This document shows positions 28,158 to 36,889 of a stretch of 36,889 nt of DNA, in pieces. Origin of the DNA: Promethearchaeia archaeon (lineage in GTDB: Archaea; Asgardarchaeota; Lokiarchaeia; Sigyniarchaeales; SOKP01); assembly GCA_029856105.1 (NCBI GenBank), contig JAHQWH010000093.1:1-36889 (forward strand), in the 5' to 3' direction. The position numbers and the translations under genes are program-made. A model generated the notes under the pieces. The model had not been told where the DNA came from. It saw only the letters and a program-made list of their open reading frames with translations, and ran no database searches. Position 1 is the stretch's first letter. Every line of letters starts with the position of its first letter.

Positions 28158-28463
28158 TTGAAATTACGACTTATACTGAAGACTAAAAGCCGAAAAGACA
28201 AAGAAGTGGTCATAAAATTCAGCATACCTCCAAGTAAACATTCTGGTTTCATAAATTTTATCAATATGGCTCTAAACCAAAATAAACCAGTAATAATTAC
28301 ATTCGAAAAAATAAGCAAATCAGGAGAAAAGCAAGAAAGTAAAATTGTTGGAACATTCAAATTTGAAGGGAAGGATGATCCTGGATTAAAACAACTCGAA
28401 GAAGAAATCGACGATAAAGAAAAAAAAAGGAAAAAGCAACACCAAAAAAGAGTTCAAAAATAA
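28158..28463 (+). CDS. Hypothetical basic protein
   Basis: TTG start after a GTGA SD-like element; K-rich tail. Confidence 0.65.
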   Translation: MKLRLILKTKSRKDKEVVIKFSIPPSKHSGFINFINMALNQNKPVIITFEKISKSGEKQESKIVGTFKFEGKDDPGLKQLEEEIDDKEKKRKKQHQKRVQK

Positions 28464-28550
28464 ATCTTTTATTTTGTTATTACAATATTTAATTTAACAT
28501 CCTTTTGTTAAAATTTATTTATACTAAATTAATATCAGTTTATTTTAAAA

Positions 28551-29501
28551 ATGGAAGCCACAAAAAGTTTAGAAATTCCCGGAAGAATTTGCTTGATGGG
28601 TGATAAGGTTGATCTATTGGGAAAACCTGTTATAGCTATGGCAATAAACTTAATGATGAGGCTCGATTACACAGCTAGGTTTGATGACATAATTGAGTTT
28701 TATAGCCATGATACGAGAGAAAGAATTAAATTCAATTTGGGTGATTCACCTCCAAAAGATAATGATTTAGGTTATTGGAGTGTTTTGTATGAACGGTTGA
28801 AAGAAAAAATTACCCATGGATTTGTTTTAGAAGTTAAATCTGACATTCCTATAGGCGTAGGGTTATCTACATCGGCAGCATTATCTGTAGGATTTTTACG
28901 AACAATGAGCGAAGCTTTTTCTTTTAACCTTTCTAACAATGAAATCGCCGAACTTGCATATTTGGGAGAAAATCACGATTTAGGCATTCAATGTGGAAGA
29001 ATGGATCAATATAGCATAGCTCATGGTGGTATAACTTTTATTCATACCAATGAAAATCCTGGAGTTGAACAGCTAGATATTAGTTATCTACCAATTGTTG
29101 TAGGGGACTCAATTGAAGAAAGAAAAGCGGTATTAGTGTTAAATAGAATCAAAAGACAAATCAGAGAGAAAGATTCCCTAACATTAAATGCCTTTAAGGT
29201 AATTGAAGATTGTGTAAATCAAGGCAAACAAGCATTATTGAAAAGCGATTTTAAAAAGTTTGGAATGTACATGGATATCCAACAAGAACAAGAAATTATC
29301 CTAGAGGCAGCAACAGAAAAGATATTGAAATTATGTAAAGCAGCTAAAAATGCTGGTGCTTTTGGAGCAAAACAAATGGGTGCTGGTGGAGGCGGTTGTA
29401 TGCTCGCGTTCGCTCCTGGAAAGCAAGAAGAAGTCGCTCGAGCTATTGAAAAAGCGGGCGGGCGAGCGTGGATTTTTGAAATATTCAAATATAAGCACTA
29501 A
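28551..29501 (+). CDS. GHMP-family kinase (galactokinase/mevalonate kinase-like)
   Basis: PGRICLMGD, PIGVGLSTSAA, CGRMDQY, GAGGGG. Confidence 0.88.
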   Translation: MEATKSLEIPGRICLMGDKVDLLGKPVIAMAINLMMRLDYTARFDDIIEFYSHDTRERIKFNLGDSPPKDNDLGYWSVLYERLKEKITHGFVLEVKSDIPIGVGLSTSAALSVGFLRTMSEAFSFNLSNNEIAELAYLGENHDLGIQCGRMDQYSIAHGGITFIHTNENPGVEQLDISYLPIVVGDSIEERKAVLVLNRIKRQIREKDSLTLNAFKVIEDCVNQGKQALLKSDFKKFGMYMDIQQEQEIILEAATEKILKLCKAAKNAGAFGAKQMGAGGGGCMLAFAPGKQEEVARAIEKAGGRAWIFEIFKYKH

Positions 29502-30247
29502 GATAGGCTAATGAAGCCCAGTTTGATTAGGTTTTTAGAAATATTATATACTTGTGAATATTCTAAATCCAAACTATTAGCAATTTGTTCAATTGATTTC
29601 TTCCCATTAATTTGATAAAAAACTTTACATGAAGTTTCGCCAGTTAAATAATATTTAGGATTAATTTTTTTAGTAATAGTGAAACGGGGAATTTGATTGC
29701 AATAATGCGGTAAGCCCGGCGAAGGATCTAATTTACCTTTTAATGCGTATAAATTGGATTCTTCATTAAGTTTTTCTTCTACACATTTGAATAATTCAAC
29801 GATTCTTTCCTTGAACCCAGATTCACTATCTTCTAATTCTTCTTTTTTAAAGCCTTCTAATACGCATCCAAACGTCTCAAATGCATTTGTTCTTCCTCTC
29901 CAATTTAATATTTCATTGATGTTGAATTTTTGTAAAAATGTACGAGACACTTTTCTTAAGATTCTTAGTACATTTATAGCTTTAGATTTTTCGTCATAAG
30001 TAGCGATATATAGTAAATTTGGGATGCTTGAATCTTTTAAAAAAGACAATTTTAAATCGTTATTAGATAATTTTAGTTCACTTATCGTTCCTAAATCCTC
30101 AAACGAGTCAGAAAATGAGTTTAAAGCCGAAAAGAAACCCGATACCAATAATAATGAATCAGCTTGCGAAAAAACGTTTTTACTAATAGAAAAGTTCTTG
30201 AATAATAATGGTAAACCGTCTTTAATTATTAAAAAATCGTGTATCAT
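29498..30247 (-). CDS. Longin-like domain + C-terminal winged-HTH protein
   Basis: LIIKDGLPLL...LLVSGFFSALNSF longin-like N-terminus; INGKKSIEQIA...LIKLGFI wHTH. Confidence 0.7.
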   Translation of the reverse strand: MIHDFLIIKDGLPLLFKNFSISKNVFSQADSLLLVSGFFSALNSFSDSFEDLGTISELKLSNNDLKLSFLKDSSIPNLLYIATYDEKSKAINVLRILRKVSRTFLQKFNINEILNWRGRTNAFETFGCVLEGFKKEELEDSESGFKERIVELFKCVEEKLNEESNLYALKGKLDPSPGLPHYCNQIPRFTITKKINPKYYLTGETSCKVFYQINGKKSIEQIANSLDLEYSQVYNISKNLIKLGFISLS

Positions 30248-30325
30248 AAATTAAACTCGTTATTTTTTATCTAGGTTATTAGAATAACTTAAAGAAAAAT
30301 CATAATTAAAACATCAATAAAATTT

Positions 30326-30419
30326 AATATCCAAAAAAGAAAAAAAAAAGTAATATCCTAATAATACAATATCAAAAAAAAGAAAAAAGAAAAAAAAAGT
30401 AATATCCTAGTAAATACAA
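30326..30419. repeat. Imperfect ~45-bp tandem duplication in a divergent intergenic region
   Basis: AAAAAAG-A(9-10)-GTAATATCCTA..AATACAA occurs twice; AATATC occurs four times. Confidence 0.75.
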
Positions 30420-30423
30420 GAAA

Positions 30424-31527
30424 ATGATTCGAATTAAATCTCCTGGAAGAATATGTCTCTTTGGCGAACATCAAGATTATTTAGATTATCCTATAATCTC
30501 TATGGCGATATCAAAGTATATTTATTTAGAAGCAGAAAGAATTTCTGAGCCAAAATTTTTAATAAATATGCCTAATTTAAATTCAACTATAGAGATATCA
30601 CTAAATAATAAAGAGCTCGATTACGAATCAAATCGAGATTATTTAATTAGTGGTTACAATCAATTTCTCAGGAAAAGAAGTAGGTTTGAAAAAGGTTATA
30701 AGATTAAAATTACTGGAGATATCCCAATTAACGCAGGTGTTGCCAGTTCTTCAGCTTTAGTGATTGCTTGGTTATACTTTTTAAATATAATAAATGATAC
30801 AAAATTAGATCTCTTTCAGTTAGCATTAGAGGGATATAATACGGAAGTAAGGGAATTTAAAGAAGGAGGGGGTATGATGGACCACTTTAGTTCGGTTTTT
30901 GGAAACTTAATCTTTTTAAAACCTGTACTCCCAAAACCTAATTTAATTGTTTATGACTTCAACCTAAAAGGGTTTGTTTTAGGAAATTCAATGGAAAAAA
31001 AAGAGACGGTAGATGACTTGGTTAGAACAAAAAATCTAACGTTAGATGCTTTTGAGAAAATTTCTAATATAATGCCCGGATTCAATCAATTTTATACAAA
31101 ATTAGAAGATATCCAGCCACATTTACTTAGTTTAAAAAAAGAGCATCAGAAAAAGATAGTAGGAAATATTATTAATAGAGACATTACTTATAAAGCAAAA
31201 GAATTGATCGACAAACAGCTTTCTTTGTTAATAAAAGGAAAGAACTCAAATATTATGGTTGATTTTTATCGAAAACTAGGATATCTATTAAATTTGCATC
31301 AAGAACAATTAAGAGACAATATACAGATTTCAACTAATAAAATTAATAAAATTATTGCTAATTGTTTAAGCTCTGGGGCTTTAGGGGGAAAAATTAATGG
31401 TTCTGGCTTCGGTGGGACGATGTTTGCTTTAATGCCAAATAATGTACAACTACTTAAGAAGGTTATAGAAGATGCGAGCGGGGAAGCTTTTATTATAGAA
31501 ACTAGTAAAGGAGTTGAGATATACTGA
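30424..31527 (+). CDS. GHMP-family sugar kinase (galactokinase-like)
   Basis: SPGRICLFGEHQDY, PINAGVASSSA, GGMMDH, GSGFGG. Confidence 0.88.
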   Translation: MIRIKSPGRICLFGEHQDYLDYPIISMAISKYIYLEAERISEPKFLINMPNLNSTIEISLNNKELDYESNRDYLISGYNQFLRKRSRFEKGYKIKITGDIPINAGVASSSALVIAWLYFLNIINDTKLDLFQLALEGYNTEVREFKEGGGMMDHFSSVFGNLIFLKPVLPKPNLIVYDFNLKGFVLGNSMEKKETVDDLVRTKNLTLDAFEKISNIMPGFNQFYTKLEDIQPHLLSLKKEHQKKIVGNIINRDITYKAKELIDKQLSLLIKGKNSNIMVDFYRKLGYLLNLHQEQLRDNIQISTNKINKIIANCLSSGALGGKINGSGFGGTMFALMPNNVQLLKKVIEDASGEAFIIETSKGVEIY

Positions 31528-32267
31528 AAGCGATTGTGTTATGTGCTGGTTATGGAAAACGATTGTATCCCTATACTAAAAAATACCAAAAAACAATGAT
31601 ACCTCTTCATGGAAAGCCCATGTTAGAGTATATTTTAAATGGGCTGATTTATGCGGGATTTCAAAATATTATATTAGTAGTAGGATATCGAAAAGAACAA
31701 ATTATTGACTACTTTCAAAATGGTAAAAAATGGGGGGTAAATATTGAATATATCAATCAAAAAGAGTTAAATGGCACAGGAGGCGCGGTACTACTCTGTA
31801 AGGATTCAATTTCTAATAATAATTTTTTTTTAACGTGGGGGGATATTCTAGTACCTTATGAAGTCTATAAAAAAGTGTACGATATTCATCGAAAAGAAAA
31901 GTATGATTTTATCTTAGTAGCAAACTATACTAAAGACCCTCATTTAGGTGCTGCTGTTTTTTGTGACGATGTTATCTGCAAAAATATAGTTGAGAAGCCG
32001 CCAAAGGGAACGTCTGGGTCGAATCTAAATAATTGTGGCGTGTTTATATTTTCTAAGGAAATTTTCGAAGTTTTAAAAAACCTCAAACCCTCTGAAAGAG
32101 GTGAGATAGAAATACCAAAGGCTCTCTTAAAAGGTATGAAGGAGCGAAACTGGAAAGTAAGAGTAGTAGAGATGGAGATGGATCGGTTTAGAGGGGATTT
32201 TGGGGATAAGGAGGAGTATGAACGATTAAAAGATGATTCATCGTGGCTTCAATTTTTAAAAATTTAA
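31524..32267 (+). CDS. Sugar-1-phosphate nucleotidyltransferase (RmlA/GlmU-like); probable CTG start at 31524
   Basis: (M)KAIVLCAGYGKRL...K, Q...GTGGAV, VEKP, SERGEIEI. Confidence 0.88.
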   Translation: MKAIVLCAGYGKRLYPYTKKYQKTMIPLHGKPMLEYILNGLIYAGFQNIILVVGYRKEQIIDYFQNGKKWGVNIEYINQKELNGTGGAVLLCKDSISNNNFFLTWGDILVPYEVYKKVYDIHRKEKYDFILVANYTKDPHLGAAVFCDDVICKNIVEKPPKGTSGSNLNNCGVFIFSKEIFEVLKNLKPSERGEIEIPKALLKGMKERNWKVRVVEMEMDRFRGDFGDKEEYERLKDDSSWLQFLKI

Positions 32268-32344
32268 ATAGTAGAAAAGTGAAAATAAATACATAGCAAT
32301 ACAAATGAGATGTTTTTATTACTATTTTAAAAAATGTGGTTTAA

Positions 32345-33955
32345 ATGCGAATAAGAACGAGAAAAAATCTTTTTAAAAAAAATATCGCGATAACTTTTTT
32401 ATTTTTAATTCCAGTAATTAGTTTTTCTAGCTTTTTAGGTTTTGGTCTTTACATCCTTGACGATCTCGCTTCACTAACTTTAAATCTTAAGCCTCCAAAA
32501 ACAGAGTACTTCACACCTTTAAATCAAATTGAAGGAAATCAAACTTATTTGGAACAAATGGCAGATACATACGATTATCAGTTGGAGAAATGGCATGTCC
32601 CTACTAATATTAGTATTGATGTTACATTTACTAACGATACTTATAGCGAGGTTGGATATTGGCACGGAACCGATAACGGAAATCTCCATCTAGGGTATAC
32701 GCTCGCGTCACAATGTTTGCGTTATAAATACGCGTTAGATAATAACGAAATAGACGAATTAAATAATGCTACCCGTATGATAAAGAAATGTGTTTCTGGA
32801 TTTACTAATATGCTTGCTGCTCCCAACGGGGGGATTGGCCCCGATTATCCTGGAATGCCAGCAAGGTTTGTCTCTGCTCCAGAGAATCGAAAATATCACG
32901 AATGGCTATTCCAAGAACACCCAAGACATTTTAATGGAACGGGGCCCTATAAAAATTGGAGAGTTAGATTACATACTTCACGCGACGAGTTAGCAGGATA
33001 TTATCTTGGCTTTGCCAGCGTTTTAAAATTTGTTGATCCTGAAGCGAATGATGATAGTAGATGGTGCGTAGAAAGAATTGGCTTATTAGCAGCGCAAATG
33101 ATCGAAGGTTTTCGCAAAACTAACTGGTTACTATTAGGGGGAGAGGGAGAACCTGTAGGTTCAGACTTAAATCCAATATTAGGGGAAAATATGTGGCAAT
33201 TAACCTTACTACGCATAGGTGCTACAGCATTTCCCGAAAAATACGATTCTCTTTACCATTATGTGGCAGCAAAAATTATGTCAATGAATAACGGACATAT
33301 GGGGTCAGTTAGCAATACAGCAATGGATACTTACGCTTTAGCTTTTAGTATGGATGTAGAATTTGCCTTAATAATGCTGGAAGACAATCCCTTATTACAA
33401 TATCATTACATAAAAAGATTTGAAGAAGGCTTTTATAGTTTCTTAAGATACCATCGTAATGCCTTTTTCAATATTGTTCATCTTGCTTTTATGACTTTAA
33501 TAGAAGATTCTTCTTTATTTGAGGATCCACAATATAATGATGAGACAATAAAATGGGATATTTTAGATCAATTGTGGAGGTATAAGACATCTGGATGGGC
33601 TAATGGCATAAGGAATTACAATTTAACTATAAGGCCTAATTCAACAAGAGCAACAAGCCTTAACCCTGATATTGCTGCTATGGAAATTAGTCCATTAAGC
33701 GCTAAATGGCTGGAATTCTTTGAAAACAATGTGTATGGCTCTCTCTTTTCTTGGATGGGGGAATTAGTTGATATTGATAATGTTCAATACTTATTCCCGT
33801 TAACAATCTCAGAAATGGGCGTTCATCACTTCCTCTGGGAACATGGCAAATTTTTTGGGACAGGAGGAAATCCTACTGGAAATGGATTAACACAGGTGAT
33901 ACCTAACTCGTATCTGGTCATTTACTGGATGGGAAAAGCTTTTAATATATTCTAA
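32345..33955 (+). CDS. Membrane-anchored or secreted hypothetical protein, possibly alpha/alpha-barrel
   Basis: N-terminal TM segment; DNGNLHLG and TSRDELAGYYLG motifs; helical composition. Confidence 0.65.
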   Translation: MRIRTRKNLFKKNIAITFLFLIPVISFSSFLGFGLYILDDLASLTLNLKPPKTEYFTPLNQIEGNQTYLEQMADTYDYQLEKWHVPTNISIDVTFTNDTYSEVGYWHGTDNGNLHLGYTLASQCLRYKYALDNNEIDELNNATRMIKKCVSGFTNMLAAPNGGIGPDYPGMPARFVSAPENRKYHEWLFQEHPRHFNGTGPYKNWRVRLHTSRDELAGYYLGFASVLKFVDPEANDDSRWCVERIGLLAAQMIEGFRKTNWLLLGGEGEPVGSDLNPILGENMWQLTLLRIGATAFPEKYDSLYHYVAAKIMSMNNGHMGSVSNTAMDTYALAFSMDVEFALIMLEDNPLLQYHYIKRFEEGFYSFLRYHRNAFFNIVHLAFMTLIEDSSLFEDPQYNDETIKWDILDQLWRYKTSGWANGIRNYNLTIRPNSTRATSLNPDIAAMEISPLSAKWLEFFENNVYGSLFSWMGELVDIDNVQYLFPLTISEMGVHHFLWEHGKFFGTGGNPTGNGLTQVIPNSYLVIYWMGKAFNIF

Positions 33956-33982
33956 TCTGAAAAAAAAAGAAAAAAGGATTAT

Positions 33983-34510
33983 TTACAGATATTTATAATA
34001 GCTAGAAGCGTTGAATTTCTCAAAAACTTCGTAAACTTCTCTGAGGACGTTCTTATCGGCGGTTTTTGGCTTCTTTACGTAAGAGATTTTAATGTTGTGG
34101 TTTTTGTATAATACGAGGGTAAGGTTATCTGAAACGTCGCAAGGCTCGTAGTTTTCTATTCGCTTAAAATCTACGTCCTTTTGCTTATAGATCGGACAGC
34201 CCAAATAAGAAAACAGCTCTCTTAAATCGGATACGAGGCTTCTTATCGAATATTTATCGTACAAATGAAATTTAAGGAAACCTGCATACGATTGCACGAG
34301 TAATCTATTTGCGTTTTTTCCCGTTAGCTTTCTAATTTCCTCAACATTTTCTATCGTTTTATAGTTCTGTAAATGTCGAGAATTGACGATTTGTGTTATC
34401 CTATCCCCAATTGTCTTGCTTGAAAAGTAGGTTCTGAACCGTTCCTCTATGGACTCTATCGAATCCCCAATGTTTACTCGATTTGGTAACCAATTTGTAG
34501 GGACGGGGTC
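33983..34510 (-). pseudogene. Probable 5'-truncated gene of unknown function
   Basis: Frame is open from 34510 to 33983 with no ATG/GTG/TTG until 34297; protein-like sequence upstream of that GTG. Confidence 0.45.
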
Positions 34511-35302
34511 TCAACAAACTTTCGATCTAAGCTACGGTCTTAGTGGAATTACTCAATGGGACGACAAATATTTCGTTATCTACAACGAGCAAGAATTAAT
34601 AAGCGAATTTGGACAATTTACCAAAGGTATTTCTTCAGGTCGTCCAACTATCACCTTTACTCAAGGCCCTCCAGACCAAGCAAAAATTTTTACTTGGAGA
34701 ACGACGATCTTTTTCCAGGAATTCATGAAGTCGGTAATGAAATAAAATACCCTCGTGATTGGGATTATCCACAAGTTATAGCTAAACATTACATTGAGTT
34801 ACTCCTCAGGCAAGGTGGTCTATTACCAGCTGGAGCGCGCGGAGAAGGTGCTGAGAATTTCGACATCTCAAGGCGCAGAAATAGGCACCATATCGACTTC
34901 TATAAAGCGTCAAAGGACGTAATGAATCTCATATTATTGGGGAATTTACATTCTAGATTTACGGGTTTGGAACCAGTAAAGAATTTAGATTATTATACTC
35001 TTATGCGCTATATGCGCGACGGCTTCGAAGAAGCAAGACCCCCATCTTTTTGGGATGAAAATTTACAAGATCTTTACATAAGACGCCTTAAAGAATTTAT
35101 TACTGAATGGGAAGATACAGAAAGTTCAATACGATATACAGATCCGAGAACTGGTGAAAAAGTAGATTTTATTAAAATGATCTATAAAGGACAGACATAC
35201 AACCTACAAGGAATGCTCAATAAAGGCTGGATTACGAAAGAGTGGGTTAATAACATCATACAAGACTTAAGGCAGAAATTAGAAAGTCGAGGTTTATTGT
35301 AA
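34449..35302 (+). pseudogene. Frameshifted gene with HNH-like nuclease motif
   Basis: Two overlapping ORFs join by one base at AAAAATTTTT (34682-34691) to read ...QAKIF-YLENDDLF; RHHIDFYKASKDVMNLILLGNLH motif. Confidence 0.55.
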
Positions 35303-35381
35303 AAGTTATGCTATTAACACAAATTATTAAATCTTAGTACAGTAAAGGTTTAATTATAAACAATTACTTTTTTATTTAGCA

Positions 35382-36239
35382 ATGAATATAAGAGAATTAA
35401 ATTCTAAGGTAATAGAGGAGTTAGATCCACAAGAATATTATCATCTTATGGAATTAGACGACTTGATAAGCACCAATCTCAAGAAAAAGCGTGACGATAA
35501 TTCAAGTCCAATTTATCTTGAGGTTGAAGGCAGGAGTATCATTGAACTTTTTTTAGTTTCGTGTTGCTTAACATCATTCCCTCAAGTAGTTTGTAAATTT
35601 GAGATGTTAAAAGATTTAGATTTAGACCGAAACGCGATTGAAACTATTCCAAGTACAATTGAGGAGTTGAAATTCTTAGAAGTTCTAAGCATATCCGATA
35701 ATAAGCTAAGAGTGTTTCCTGAGTCGATAACAATGGTTACCTCTCTGCGGAGTCTAAATTTGGCGAATAATAACATCGTTTCAATGCCGAATTCGATTAG
35801 TAATTTAAAACTTCTTCGTCATTTAGCTTTGGGCGATAATCGTCTTGAAACGCTACCCGAGTCAATAGGGGAGTTAAAGTTTTTGAAGACGCTTTATCTT
35901 AACGATAATAACTTGAATTATTTGCCAGAAAGTTTTGGAGGTCTAAAAAATTTGAAGGAAACATCAATTAGAAATAATCGGTTAAAAACAATCCCCGCGT
36001 CGGTTGGAAATCTTAAGAATTTGAGCTTTTTTAGCTTAGCAAATAACAGTTTGGAACAATTACCTGCCACAATCGGGGGAATGAAGTCGCTTAAGTCTCT
36101 TTGGTTGGATGGGAACAAATTAGAGGAATTACCAAGCTCTATTACTAATTTAAAGTCATTAAGAAAGATACAACTAAAAGGGAATCCTTTAAAATCTATT
36201 CCAGACACTCTGATAAAAAATTCTATTGATATTGTTTAA
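35382..36239 (+). CDS. Leucine-rich repeat protein (~10 x 23-aa LRR)
   Basis: Repeats of LxxLxLxxNxLxxLPxSIGxLxx. Confidence 0.93.
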   Translation: MNIRELNSKVIEELDPQEYYHLMELDDLISTNLKKKRDDNSSPIYLEVEGRSIIELFLVSCCLTSFPQVVCKFEMLKDLDLDRNAIETIPSTIEELKFLEVLSISDNKLRVFPESITMVTSLRSLNLANNNIVSMPNSISNLKLLRHLALGDNRLETLPESIGELKFLKTLYLNDNNLNYLPESFGGLKNLKETSIRNNRLKTIPASVGNLKNLSFFSLANNSLEQLPATIGGMKSLKSLWLDGNKLEELPSSITNLKSLRKIQLKGNPLKSIPDTLIKNSIDIV

Positions 36240-36320
36240 AGATTTCAGCAACTTGAACCATAAATCAATTCTGAATTCTAATGTCTTTTGCATATTCGAG
36301 CCACAAATACCTCAAAAAAC

Positions 36321-36634
36321 TCATACAATATATTTCTTCGTATCTTTAGTTCTTTCCATTACAAAAATTGCATCTTGTGGACATGAGTTAAATAATCTCA
36401 TACAAAATTCACAATTATAATCTTTGGAATACTAGAACCATAAACTGGAAAGCCAATCCCGATTATATCCCATTCAGATATTTGCTCAGCAATTAAAGCA
36501 TCCCAATCTATATCCTTCCGCTCGATTGAATATGTGGTTGTGTCATGTCCCTTTTCTATAAAAATAGATTTAAGTTTTTCAGAAACCCACCATGTATTTC
36601 CTGTTCCACTGAAATAAAAAATCGCAATTTTCAT
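36321..36634 (-). pseudogene. EFR1-type flavodoxin-ferredoxin gene with internal deletion and frameshift
   Basis: YFSGTGNT...GFPVY flavodoxin N-terminus abuts an out-of-frame CEFCMRLFNSCPQDAI ferredoxin-like motif. Confidence 0.75.
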
Positions 36635-36687
36635 AATAATTTGTTATTATTTAATAAATTCACCAGTACATTTAAGGATTAAAGTTG

Positions 36688-36889
36688 TTAATCTTCAAAT
36701 AAATCTTCAAATTTATAACCTAATGCATGAGATAATTTTTCTATCTCACTTTTCTTATAATTTAAAGCCAATTGAGATTCATTAAGGTTTTTTAGCTCAA
36801 TCAACTTAATTTTTTTCATACCTATAGTTTCAGAAATGCTTTCTAATTCATCCAGAGTTTTATTACCAAGCAAATCATTTATGATAGGT
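36688..36889 (-). CDS. C-terminal fragment of a gene starting outside the window; ends in an XRE/Cro-like segment
   Basis: Frame appears to continue to the window edge; ...EIEKLSHALGYKFEDLFED*. Confidence 0.5.
   Translation of the reverse strand, partial: PIINDLLGNKTLDELESISETIGMKKIKLIELKNLNESQLALNYKKSEIEKLSHALGYKFEDLFED

Noticed and set aside
34682-34691. Programmed -1 ribosomal frameshift at AAAAATTTTT
   Set aside because: No in-frame X XXY YYZ heptamer; a single-base deletion or sequencing error is simpler.
4045-36420. Short antisense or nested ORFs in the track (e.g. 4045-4248, 5681-5902, 6498-6839, 7215-7421, 8236-8484, 9518-9730, 11033-11272, 14249-14584, 18544-18786, 21912-22163, 29219-29488, 35582-36420)
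   Set aside because: They overlap well-supported genes and carry no motifs; treated as shadow ORFs.
1-36889. CRISPR array, tRNA, rRNA, transposase or integrase
   Set aside because: No regularly spaced repeat-spacer units, cloverleaf or T-loop motifs, or mobility-gene motifs were seen by eye.

Overview
AT-rich archaeal chromosomal segment, most likely an Asgard archaeon of the Lokiarchaeia type. This is inferred from archaeal-type AspRS, ThrRS, RibK, RibL, MetAP-II and Alba occurring together with a Rab-like GTPase, a longin+wHTH protein, an Rpn11/CSN5-like JAMM protein, a gelsolin-like domain and an LRR protein. Positions 1-33.9 kb are mostly housekeeping genes and conserved hypotheticals. 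Positions 33.9-36.9 kb look like a decaying accessory region: a 5'-truncated gene, a frameshifted HNH-motif gene followed by an LRR gene, and an internally deleted flavodoxin-ferredoxin gene. Main observations beyond the ORF track: (1) a ~485-nt candidate structured ncRNA on the minus strand (4976-5462) with its own TATA box, a 12-bp end-to-end helix, several G-U-supported hairpins, an oligo-U terminator and a loosely RNase P/MRP-like layout; (2) a helical protein that aligns by eye with the BRO1 domain of ALIX/Bro1; (3) a gelsolin-like domain fused to four TM helices; (4) four genes that appear to start at ATT, ATC or CTG; (5) a long 5'-UTR hairpin in front of the Rab-like GTPase. All family calls come from motif recognition by eye; no database searches were run.
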